Positions 25,591 to 37,787 of a stretch of 64,000 nt of DNA are shown here, piece by piece. The stretch is from Nageia nagi (lineage: Eukaryota > Plantae > Pinophyta): NCBI GenBank assembly GCA_050084985.1, contig JBITNC010000001.1:210676001-210740000 (forward strand), in the 5' to 3' direction. Positions within the stretch are counted from its first letter, which is position 1, and each line of letters begins with the position of its first letter. Made by a program: the position numbers and the translations under genes. Below the pieces are notes generated by a model. It saw nothing but the letters and a program-made list of their open reading frames with translations. It made no database searches and was not told where the DNA came from.

Positions 25591-28309
25591 CTAAAATACT
25601 TGAAAATACAATATTATTTTTATTTAAAAACTTTAGGTTTTTGGCAAAATTAGTGAAGAATAAAGTGATGTGTTGAAGAAAATTTGGGTTTACTAATTAT
25701 TATAACCAAAATAATAATGTATTAGGGTTATTTAATATATTAAATTTAACTAAATAATAAATAAATAATAATAAATAGTAGTGACATGAAAGATGATAAT
25801 TATCCTAATTAATCTTAACCTATCAACCTAGATTAACTAAGGATATAAAATAGTACTTTACCTATCATGAAAAATAAAGATGATATTCATCCCAAACATG
25901 ATAAATAATGAGTTTTCTTATTCACAAAGCTGCAAATTTGATCTCAACCCAATGATGACATTAGGATCCCAGCAACATCACTTGGTTACCTTCACACTTA
26001 TCCTTTTCCTTTTGCTCAATGTCATCAATGTCCCTCTAAAGCCTATAATATCACACATAATGGATTTGAAATATTGTAGGAATCCATAGCTCAATGTATA
26101 ACAAAATCTAAATATGATAGGTGGCTTTAAGAAACACATTATATAATAGGAGTTCATCAACTAGTGGTTGGTGAACCTACATTAGGTGAGGTGGTAACAG
26201 AACCTAATCATCTTATTTGCTAGCATGGAAACTTGGTGAAATTTAAAAATATTTATATGATATCAGATATTCTTTCCTATTTTTATCAACTTTTAAAAAT
26301 TATTGAACCTTCAAATTCTTAATTAAACTTGTTTGAAAATAATTTTTTTTAAGAAATTTGATACTTGCACATCTAAAACCATATTATATGATAGCTATTA
26401 GATTATGTAGTTAACTTTAATTAAATATAAGATAAAACTAACCAATATTTTAAAAAATTTACATAATAACCTTTACAGACCTTAAATTTTTATTTACATG
26501 CTTATTACTTTCAAAAAAAATCTAAGATACAAACACCACAAATATGATACTTAGGATAACCATTAGATTAGTTCATCAAAACACATTGATGTATGATTCC
26601 TTAGAAAAATTATTCCACCATAAATCTTAATTCATTGAAGTAACTTAAAAATAAAAAATAACTATAAAAATATATATAACTTAATCATCATTATATTCCA
26701 CCTAAGATTCATTCAATGGATAAAAACATCAATCATAATCAATCAAATAATGATAATAATCATTATTATAATAATATACTCTTCTATGCTAGCTATGCTA
26801 ACCTTGATTATATCACAAAAATCATTCCATTTTCCTCTCTATATAGAAATTTAATCATAATAAGTAAATAACAATAATATAATATCACAAATAATTTAAA
26901 GCTAAATATTTAATAACATATTTTATATTTAACATCTATCTTTGTTATCCTATAATAGATAATGAGTTATCATAACTCTTTATAAATTCTTGCAAAATAC
27001 CTTACCATATTTGAAAGGACATCAAATCTCTATGGTTAAGTTTCTCTTCATAAAATAACCATAGATTCGGGCCTCAATCTTAATCACTTATTATTCAAAG
27101 TTATAATAATAATTTCAATAATAATAATTTTAATAACTTAACTTGACAACCATATTTATTGTCACCATTCATGAGCCTAAACATTTACTAAGAATCATTA
27201 CTTTCCTCATAATTTTTTAGGTCATCACTCAAAGGATTTGCATTAATCCAATAATAATTACTAAATTCTATAATTCTTGATAAAATATACAACCATAATC
27301 ATTATTAAAATATTTTGAGTAATGTAATTATTGCATTGTTCTTACCTTTTTCATTTATTTTACCATTTTTTTAAATATTCAAATCAATAAATGGTTATTC
27401 TATATTTTAAAATTATTTTTCTTTTGATCCTATTTGTATTTTTATATTTTCTTCTAATTGAGCAAGCAAATTTGTTAGCTCTACTAAAGATAGAAAGTTA
27501 TCTTCTTTATCAAATCTAGTATTTAAAATATTTATAAAAAATTTGAACTTTTCACTAAGGTTTTTAAGAAAAATAAAATATAAAAGATTTTAATTAACCC
27601 ATTCACAACCAAATAAAATAATTTCTATCCTAATCTCTCTCATTTTTTCTAGATAAATTATTACTTTTTCATATAACAACATTATAGTATTAAACAAATT
27701 TGAGAGTAAGAAAAATTTTCTACCCATTTTCATTCCTATGAACATGATTTTAATTTCATATGAAACTTTGTGAGCTTATTGGAAATTTGAAATATGAATC
27801 AAATTATCATCACTAATTGATCTAAAAAGTATATAAAGTTCTTGTTAATTTTTAGTGTTCCAAACATCAAGTGTTATACCATTATTAGGTTGTGGTTCTT
27901 TTTTACATACCACCTTCCATAAGTTCCTTGCTTGATCCTATACATGTGTTCTAGGCTCCCAAATTCCATAGTTAGTTCCTTCAAGAATATGATTAGGGAC
28001 AAAACTAATTACATCATTAGAGCCCATTTTCAAGAACAAGGTAACAATTAGTAAATTTATCAAATATAATAACATTTTTTAGAAGAAAAATGCTTCTTAA
28101 AAACTTTATATTAGTCTTTTTTTAAAATAAAATAATGTGTATAGTTACATAAAAAATTAAATTAATTTTAAAGATTAATTAAGGGGGTACAACCCTTCCA
28201 TTTTCTTTTACTTCAAGAAAATTTAACATTTTTAGGTAATTTTTATATTCAAGTTTTTATTTGACTATGTCAAAAAATGAAAAACTCTATCCTTTATCCA
28301 AAATTAATT

Positions 28310-29010
28310 ATCCATTATGGGTATTTGTCTAGAATAATTATGGACATTTATCTGGTCTGCCACCACTGCTTGCCACCCATTTCCTCCTCTCCACCAAAAA
28401 TGCATTGGATGTGTATCTAAAATGTTACTTAGGGTGTTTGTTTGAAATGTTCCACCCACTTGATTCCTCTACTCTATCAATGAATAATTGTGGGAATTTA
28501 TCCTTATTTAATTGACTAATTATGGGCATGTATCTAATGAATAATCATGGGTGTGTATCTAACAACTAATTATGGGCATATGTTCTAATCTAATAATGGG
28601 TGTATATATCACAAATAAAATCATAAAATAAAATTCAATTTTAAATTTAAAAAATATCAAATTATGGGCATGTGTACTCATCTACTTATGGGCATATATA
28701 TTAAAAATAAAATAGTCAAAAGAACTTCAATTTAAAATATATCAAATCATGGGTGTGTGTTCTCATCTAATTGTGGGTGTATGTATTACAAATAAAATAA
28801 TCAAAAGAAATTCAATTTTACATTTAAAAATATCAAATCATGGGTGTGTATCCTCATCTAATTATAGGCATATGTATCACAAATAAAATAATAAAAGGAA
28901 ATTTATTTTTGAATTTAAAAAATATCTAATCATGGATGTGTGTTTAGAGCTAGTATGGGCATTTGTCTAATTCATAAGTTAAAAACTTGAATATTTGGGG
29001 CATGTACTTA
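28310..29010 (+). repeat. Array of ATGGG(CA/TG)T(G/A)T motifs, including four ~90-bp tandem units (28600-28950)
   Basis: About 15 copies of TYATGGGYRTRTRT. The alternation GGGCA/GGGTG implies an ancestral methylated GGGCG. Confidence 0.85.
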
Positions 29011-29727
29011 TCTTACAACAAAAATTAAACATAAGCCCTATTGCAAATTATTCTTATCTATGAGGACCTCTCCACCACCATAACCTCTATGAGGAGATCT
29101 TGATCACCATATTCGCTATGAGGAGCATAATAAAATTGCCTAACCTTCATGTTATTCTTGTCCAAATACTAAGATTTCTTATAAAAATTGATATTTAATT
29201 TATTCTGGTTTGTTCTTAATCTTCAAAAATCCTAATAGGAATAAACTTGATAAGGGAATCCAAACATGATGATTTAGTGTAAGGGCATCTAAACATGATG
29301 TAGTATAAAGATATCTAAAATTTATAAAGGCATCCAAACTAGTATTAGATTTGTTACGAACCTTAGAGTATAATGTAATTAGTTTGATGTTTGTTCATAG
29401 TTAACTTAAAAGTTAAAAAAATGTATAACATACTTTACAATAATGGTATTAAGTTACTTTGTAGTAAAGGAGAGAGTATGATACATTATTTTACTTCTAC
29501 CTACCAAAATTTTCACTTTAAATTGAAACCCTAGCCCATTAAAAGGTTAAATTTTAGAAAATAAAATAAATACATTGCAACATTGGTGTAAATCCCAATA
29601 ATTATCATGTAAATAATGTATTATACTCTCTTCTTGATTGCAAATTAACTTAATGTACATACAAGTAGAATAATGTATCATTCAAATTTATCTTCATTAT
29701 TATTGCAAGGGATGCAAACTGATTGCA

Positions 29728-30436
29728 TAACCAATAATCTCCATAAAAATATTCTCCATATTTTAAATTATGGAATAAATTTAAATCCCACACAATAATA
29801 TCTGATACAAAAATATTGGATATAAATTTCATTTTAGTATGAAAATCATCACATACTTGAAGATTCTTCAAAAATCTAATAGCTATTTTAAGGGAGTCTT
29901 TAACGATCCAAATGCATTTGATAACTTCTATCTATTTTGGCATAGAAGAAATTATTTATTATCAGCCTCCATATCTTACAACATAGGTTTTGTATTTAGA
30001 ATATACCCTACTATCTTCATCTCACTCAATACTTTTTCTAATTTTCCATAGATGCTGTTTAATTGTGAGTGTGATCAATCTCATATAAGAAAAGCATGTA
30101 GCCTTTTATCAACTTCAATCCAACTATATCCAAGTATATTCTTCATTCATATATCTTTTATAAATATCATTACTCTTTGAACATAACCCCTACTACCTAA
30201 TTCAACATAAATATTTAAAATAATAACATAAGATGAAGCATTTTTAAGATCCAACAAAAGAGTATTCTTTCCATAAATCCCCCTATTCCTACATTATTAT
30301 GTTATTTAAAGTACTAAGATAATATATTTACACATCTAATTTAGGGTTTTATGGGTATTTTGATAACAAAGTTCAAAGCTTCGTTAAGATAGCTTTCATA
30401 ATTAATAAGTTTAACAATGCAAGTATAATTATTCAT
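29728..30436 (-). pseudogene. PLS-class PPR protein C-terminal fragment (S2-E1-E2-E+-DYW), pseudogenised
   Basis: Manual translation: NYTCIVKLINYESYLNEALNFVIKIPIKP...LDLKNASSYVIILNIYVELG...LGYSWIEVDKRLHAFLI*D*SHSQ...MKIVGYI...KLSNAFG...KNLQVCDDFHTKMKFISNIFVSDIIVWDLNLFHNLKYGEYFYGDYW. Both HxE and CxxC are destroyed. Confidence 0.93.
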
Positions 30437-31009
30437 CTAAAGAATAATTTTTGGGCCTTGTGTATTCTTTCATATTTTACATATATGCCAATTAGGGCAT
30501 TAACAACCATAAAATTTAATTATGGCATATGGTATAAGAATTATGGAAAAGGTTGTAGAGTTTATCTTTACATATTGTAATTGCATGTGCTTAAAACTCT
30601 TTAGAGCCTTTTTATAAAATCCATTTTGTGCATATACTAGGATCATTATAGTTCATATGATTACATATTAAAGAGGTTTTATCACAATTTCATATGAAAG
30701 AAACTCATATCTAGTTATTTATTCATGAATATCTAAGCCCCATCATCTTATGAATTGTGCACCAAACAAATAAGTATAAATAACAACATCAAGTTTTATT
30801 GATAGGAAAAGTAATGAAGGTTTCCTTAACATTCATTATAAATAAGATTGTGTCTCTTTGGTGCAAAAAAATATCTTTTTATTGTATTGTAATTCATTAT
30901 GTCAAAAATATGTCTTATCTTAAAACATCTTACAAAATTTTCATTACAACTTGTAACGTTATTGTTCATACACATGTCCACTTTGATGTACCAAATACCA
31001 ATGTGATAG

Positions 31010-31440
31010 TTACTATATTTGCATATGTGTTGTATCATTACTATATTTGCATATATTAATATTTTATGTCATACACTTTATACTTTGAATATATTGATAT
31101 TGTTGAATTTTTAGAACTTTTAAAAGTTGTTTTCCTTACATATGTCAACATTATTCAAAGCACAACTAAAGAAATTTATTTGCCTTGCATATTCAACATT
31201 ATTGTATCACATACAATTTTAAAAATTGTTATCCTTGCATACATAAATATTATTGTATCATTTCAATTATAAAATTTGTTGTTTATGTATATGTTACATT
31301 GTTGTATTATTATATATACAAAATTTATTACCATTACATATATTTTCATTGCTACTAACCCAACTATAGGAGATGTTAATTCTGCATATGCTATCATTAT
31401 TACTATCATAACCATTAAAAATATGGGTTTTGCATATGAA
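31010..31440 (+). repeat. Degenerate ~50-bp tandem repeat
   Basis: CCTTGCATATGTCAACATTATTGTATCA-like core recurs at ~31133, 31183, 31233, 31283, 31333, 31382 and 31429. Confidence 0.65.
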
Positions 31441-33033
31441 TAAATTATTATAATTTGTGCAAAAAATTACAAAATATATTTATTTTTTAGAATCATTTTT
31501 TTAAAATATAGGTATTTTTCACTCATCAATCTTAGTTGATTAAAATATATTATTGAAAATCATAACTCATGATGGTATGTGTCATATACAACATATTTCA
31601 TGTTCTAGTTTTTTGTATGGGCACAACATGCATATGTTGTTATTTTTTTTATTCTTTGAGAATAATAGTGACTCTTTAAATGTTCATTATAGGACAATAA
31701 TATATACCACATACAACTTATTAGAAAGGAATATAGTATCTTAGATAAGATCCCTAATAGTAGAGAGACTTACATACTAGGTGTGGAAGGAGAATGGTTA
31801 GATACTAGGAAGTATAATAAGATATAATAATTTTTTTCATTGGTAATTATGAAATTTTAAATAAAATTCTATGTACATATCATAAGAGGTTAAATGACCA
31901 TAGGGACCTAGAACATCAGGGTGTTGCACCAATTCCTTCTCTATTAAAAGATAAGATGCCAATCGATGGTATCTATAAGCCATCAACATATAAACCACAA
32001 AAATATCAACATGAAAATAAAAATAAAAATGATATGCTTAAAAAATAACTTAATAGTAAAAAATATATATTTTTAGGAACCCATTATTATCATAATTTTG
32101 TTAGTGATATGAAAGATTTACCAAACATAGCTAAGCAAAAAATGGCCAAAGAGATTCAACAATATGATAGTGATGGAAGAAGAAAAGTTTGAAGATTAGT
32201 TCATATAAAATGTGATTCCAAAAAGGGATGTGTTACTTTGAGTGTGAATGATACTCCAACTAGGGGATATTATGATAATTAGTTGGTTTTTTTAATTCTA
32301 CTTTATATTAAATACTATTAAATTGAGTACTAGCCTTGAATATGAATATATTATAGAGAAATACAAGATAAGGGTTAATCCTAATCCATGCTATTCTCTT
32401 AAAAGAATTACAAAATAATAGATAAAATATTGGAGCAAATAATATTGATTGTTTATAGTTTGGGCATCTTCATTAGCATAGGTGCTTCACCAATTAGAGG
32501 CAAGTAGTTCTATTTGTATTAGTTATCCTTTTTGAAGCATACATTTAAATTTTAAAAAAGGATCAAAAGTAAATTTTTTTATCTTAATGTTGTCTCTTTA
32601 AGTATCAAACTAAATGATATAATATTTCATGGATTACCATAGTCAAATAAGACTAAGAATCTAACTCAAAAAGAATGATAGATTTTTCCATAATATTTTC
32701 AAAATTATGGAACAAATAATGGTGAATGTTCATAGTATCAAGTTCTTCATCACCAAGAAAATAATCTAGTACAAGTGTTTCTTCTACCTATTTGAGTTTT
32801 AATAGTTATTCTAGCCATTTAATTTTCTATTCTATTATTTTTCTATAATTTGGATGTTTTATTATCTTATAAAATTTTCATGATACATAAGGGTATGGAT
32901 CTCAAAGAGTCAAAGAGGATTATGATAAGGTAATTGATTCTTTTTAATTCTATTTGGTGTTAGGTTCAATTAGAGTTTTTAATTATGAATTTACTTGATG
33001 ACCTTTAAACCATGAGTTTGTGACTCTTTGTAG

Positions 33034-33296
33034 ATATTTCTTGGAAGAAAAAACATTAGAAACTATGCATCTAATCGATCTTCATAGTAAGATAATGGGG
33101 TATAGTATAGTGCATAATGATAATCCTGCTAGCACATGCTATGGTATGACTATTGGATAGGGTCACATTTCAATAAAAGTGATGATTTTTCATATCAATA
33201 ATTATAGGATACCCATTCCCAATAGATATGTTGATGTAATAGAAGAAGTTGTTTAAGTTTTTATTATATGGCATACCAATTTATTACAACCTGATG
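33034..33296 (+). pseudogene. Exon with En/Spm TNP1-like (DUF8039-type) domain
   Basis: Bounded by TTTGTAG and GTTAG. Translates MHLIDLHSKIMGYSIVHNDNPASTCYGMTIG*GHISIKVMIFHINNYRIPIPNRYVDVIEEVV*VFIIW, fitting the V(A)xGxV...DP...CHGxxLG...VxV...LPxP...FIxW pattern of CACTA ORF2 proteins. Confidence 0.6.
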
Positions 33297-33606
33297 GTTA
33301 GATTTAAGGTTTGAATGTGGAGGTGAGATAAACTATAAAGAGGTAAATTCATATTTTTAATTGCTCTCAATAATTATTTATCCAATTAAGATGTATTCAT
33401 TTTTTCCTTAACCATTAATTTCTCTCCTATACAATCAAATGAATATGACCATAAAAATATAAAGAATGGAACTAAAGAAAAAATATTAATAGCAAGAAAG
33501 GGGGAGATGAGGGATGACATGGAAGGAGAGCCACATGTAGATGAACTCCAAGGATGAAGGTTATCATCATAACATTTTAATTTGAGTTAGGTGAGCATGT
33601 TATTTA

Positions 33607-33795
33607 TAGTCAACCTTCCATTAGATTAAAACATCATGTAATAAAGGAGGAATTTAAAAATGAATAATCACATGTTGAATGTAGTATATTATGAATAGAT
33701 TTACATGGTAAGTAATTCTTTTATGTTGAAGATAATAGCCATAAATATTCTTCCTTTATTGCATCTTAGTATTTTAAATCTAATGTAGTTGAATA
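33607..33795. mobile_element. MITE-like foldback element (~190 bp)
   Basis: Left arm TCAACCTTCCATTAGATTAAAACATCATGTAATAAAGGAGGAAT versus reverse complement of right arm TCAACTACATTAGATTTAAAATACTAAGATGCAATAAAGGAAGAAT. TA flanks both ends. Confidence 0.55.
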
Positions 33796-34413
33796 ATTAT
33801 ATGAAGATAAAATGAATATCCATGCATTTGTTATCCATTAGATCTTATAGATTTTGTTGATAAGTAAGTTGTTTATCACCATATCTTATGTTGCTGCAAA
33901 GGAAGGTAGCTCATGCACTATTATGTTTATTTTATATAATAATACCCATCTTGATAAACTTGTTAGGTTCCTAATTATTTGAATGTAGTATGACTTTTGT
34001 TGTTCAAAATTGTCATTATTTGATACCTTTCCTACTTATATAATGTTGTCAACAAAAGAAGAGTTCCTAATAACCATGTGCACCATCTATCATATGCTTT
34101 TAGAGGTACTCATTTTCATGTAAGCTCTTTAGATTATTTTGAATAGGTTAGGTCAATTAAACATCCTACTTTTGATAATATATTTTTTTATTAATTTATT
34201 TTAAATGTAAAATTTGATTACCTATTTCATGATTAAGTTTAGTGTTAGCTTCAATTTTAATTAAGTAAAAATATCATATTTAGTTTATTTAACCATTGTT
34301 TGTATTTCATATGCAATGTCATTAGATATAACTATAATTTTTAGATTTATGATAAGGTATTCCTTTGTCTGCACTCTATCAATCTATTTATTTATGAACT
34401 TAATAGCTTTTTA

Positions 34414-37226
34414 TGCTAAAGTATATTATACTTAGGTTTAGTATTTGTTTAAGTTCTTTAGGAGTATTTTATTCTTTATTCCTAGGTTTAACTATTTGTT
34501 AGTTTGTCATGATTATATCATAACAAATATTTATCATCTTATAGAATTTATCCTCATGCATGGTTATCATACATTTTTCCACTAGCTTATACTTTGCCAT
34601 ATTTATTTGGTCTCTCCTTTATTGTATAAATTAATTCATTCTATTTCCTTTCATGGTATCAGAGCAGGTATTTATTTGAACAATTTGAACAAATCTATGA
34701 AGGGAAATTGGACTCCTTAAGCCAATTCCCCCCTCACCTCCATTATTTTGTTGCATCTCCTTTTTTGGTTAGTAGTGACCTATTTATGGTTTAGGTTCCC
34801 TCTTGCTAAATTTTGAGAATGGTGGTGAGAACTACTACAATTTATTAGCTTTGATATGTTATGCACTCTCTATCTTTCCATTCTCAAAGATCTACATTTA
34901 TTTCAAAGATACTAAAATTGTTGGTCATATCATTGTGATATATTGCTATTGCATAGATAAGGATCCTATGGTAGCCTTCCTTTCTACCATGTTACTGTCA
35001 AGGATCCTATGGCATCCTTCCTTTATACCATGTTGTTGTGTTTGGCCATTATGGTTCTATCCTTTGTGCATTATGAGGATGTGTGCATTCTTTAGTTGCA
35101 TTTTATGGGATATTTCATTATATTTTACATATATCTATGTGTTATGATGGACTCTTTCATGTATTGCATGTTCCTCTTGGATCTACCTTTGTTGAGTACG
35201 ATTCAAGTCTCTCTTATGAAGGTTGCATTAAATTTTTTGCTCCCTGGGCTCTATTAAGTATTTTTGATGGGTGGTATTTGTAATTCATGGATCTACATTC
35301 AGATCAATTTCTTGACTATGGTGGTGAAATTTATGGAGTATTATTATGTTTGTGCATGATCTATGGACTTATTTGCATTACATGGGAGCATATTTTTACT
35401 TGGGCTGCATCATATCATGTTGCTTTAATTTTTTCCATGGTTTTTTTTAGTTGATGTGGAAATTCCCTCCTGATGTGGTTGTTGTATGTTTACTCATTGG
35501 ACACCCTTCTCTTTGATTTGATCCACTATTCATGGTTTTTCTAGGTGTGAATGGTGTTTTTTTTCTAGCTCAAAAATATCATCCTTAAGATAGTTTCATT
35601 TTTTCATTTTTTATCATCTTAATTTGAATTTAGATAGTAGATTTAGATACCCTTTTTAAGCTAAGAAACTTTGCTTTTTATCTCACTTGATTTTGAGGTC
35701 ATTTAGCAAAGTTATGAGCCTTGGAATATTTGGATTGCATTATATTTTTGAATTTTTTGGGCAATTTCAATCATTAATGGTTTTTTTCTTATCCAAATTT
35801 ATGGTGGTCATTTTTTAGAGTTGTTAGCTTCAAAATGTTCTTGGTTTTATGCATATTATTTTGAGTAGCTGCATAACCCATTTTGCCTTACCCATCAACC
35901 CAAAATCATAATTCAAAGTTTTACATTTAAAATTTAATTAAATTTATAGTTTTAATTTAATTAAATTTTTCTAAAATTTGGGCCTTAAAAATTTAAATTT
36001 TTACCCCATACTAATTAATTCAATATCTTGAGCTCTGGGTATCTATATTGGGTGTCATTTTTTACATTATAGAGTAGAATTTAGGTATTTCTTAGTGAAC
36101 TTGGTTGTAAGCCTAATCTATAAAGGCATTTTTTATGGGGGTGATGTTTTTTTGGTAATCTTTTACTCCCTTATTATGTGCCTTCACAAGTATTAGAGTA
36201 CAACTCATGGTTTCTACCCTTATCCTTAAGGTAGCTTATTTGACTCCTTTGTTGATCTTATGGTGGTCTTCCTATTACCTTATCTTATGACTTGCCATTT
36301 CTCCTCATCAACATTAAGGGGGTATTTTCAACTACTAGTGCTTCCTCTTTTTGGATGCAAATTCTTTTTTATGGATCTTAACATACAGTCTCCAAGCTTG
36401 GCTCTCTAATGATGTATTCTTTCTTCTTTGCATACAGGCTCTTGGCTTGGCTCTGTAATGATGTGTACTCCTTATTCTCCATGATACATGGGCTTCTTTT
36501 TGGTCTCTTAGCTTGACTCTCTAATGATGTGTGCATAAGAAATTTGTTGCTTTTTTTCTTATGGTCTACTAATTACATAGTTGATATACTTTTCATAGTG
36601 GAGTTATGCCCTATTTTTAGGTTAAGGGACTCTCTTTATTGGTTTTTATTGAGTAGTGTTATTTCAATCACTCCTACATATTAGTAGCTCTTTGATCCTA
36701 ATTTATTTAGAATTTATTTAACTTCTATCTTGGAGTTATTCATTAGTATCAATCTCTTCATATCATTATCCTAGATTCAATGAGCATGATTTTTTGAGTG
36801 GTGATGGAAGTTATCCACCTTCCTGCTTTTCTTTCTCAATTTTAGGAGGGAATTTTTCCTACTCTTTTTCTCCTTTTCTATACTTGTGAGAGATTTTTTT
36901 ACACAAGTACTTAATCAGGCCTTATTTATAAGACTCATTTTTGTGTGGATATGCCCCTTTACCTCCTTGTTCACTTAAGGGGGGATGTTAGAGTATATTA
37001 TACTTAGGTATAATGTTTGGTTAAGTTCTCTAGGAGTATTTTATTCTTTATTCCTAGGTTTAACTATTTGTTAGTTTTTTATGATTAGATCATAAAAAAA
37101 TATTTATAATCTTATGGACTTTATCCTCGCACATGGTTATCATGCATTTTTCCACTAGTTTGTACTTTTCCCTATTTATTTGGGCTTTCCTTGATTGTAT
37201 AAATAAATTCATCCTATTTCTTTTCA
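34414..37226 (+). mobile_element. Non-autonomous LTR retrotransposon (TRIM/LARD-like, 2.8 kb)
   Basis: LTRs 34414-34653 and 36986-37226 (TG..CA, ~240 bp, ~87% by eye); perfect PBS TGGTATCAGAGC at 34654-34665; PPT AAGGGGGGA at 36977-36985; TSD TTTTA/TTTTG. No gag/pol motifs recognised inside. Confidence 0.92.
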
Positions 37227-37787
37227 TTTTGACACACTCTTGGATTTAAGGCCCTTTTGATAACCAAATGATAGAATGTTAGTGCAATATTTTTTATTTC
37301 CCAACATTAATAAATGTTTGTATTTAAGAATGAAAACATGGTGATCTTGTTGGTTTGCAAGTGTAAAATATAGAAGCTAAAAATCATGAAACATTATCCT
37401 TAATTTAGTAAAATAATATTTATTATTAGTATTGAGTATGTTTTAATTCAACCAAAATACTTATTTATTTATTTATCATACTCATCCTCAAAAAAAAGCA
37501 AAAAATATATGGATAATAAGAAATATGAAGTGGAAGCATATAAACATCAAGGTGACAAACAACCATCAAGGTTCCCAACTCTTGATGTTGTAAATGCAAA
37601 TACTTAGACATAACAAGGGGTATAAATCACATAGGAGGAAGGAAATGGAGATGAAAAAGAAGATTAAGAAATACCTACAACCATTCAAGTGATAATTTGG
37701 GCAACCTATATGTGCATGCTTCTTTGTATCTTTTATTTATTTAAGTCCATGTATTGTAATTGTATTTATTATTTTGCCTTATTTTAG

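Noticed and set aside
26660-26720. LINE endonuclease GGDFN-like motif on the minus strand
   Set aside because: It needs frameshifts and has no supporting neighbouring APE or RT motifs.
28178-28200. TTAAGGGGGTAC as a Harbinger/Kolobok-type terminus
   Set aside because: No inverted partner could be found in the window.
34803-35283. Hydrophobic ORFs inside the 2.8-kb LTR element as env-like genes
   Set aside because: They are explained by T-rich composition and have no recognisable motifs. Most other short ORFs in the track are likewise spurious or antisense shadows of TE remnants.
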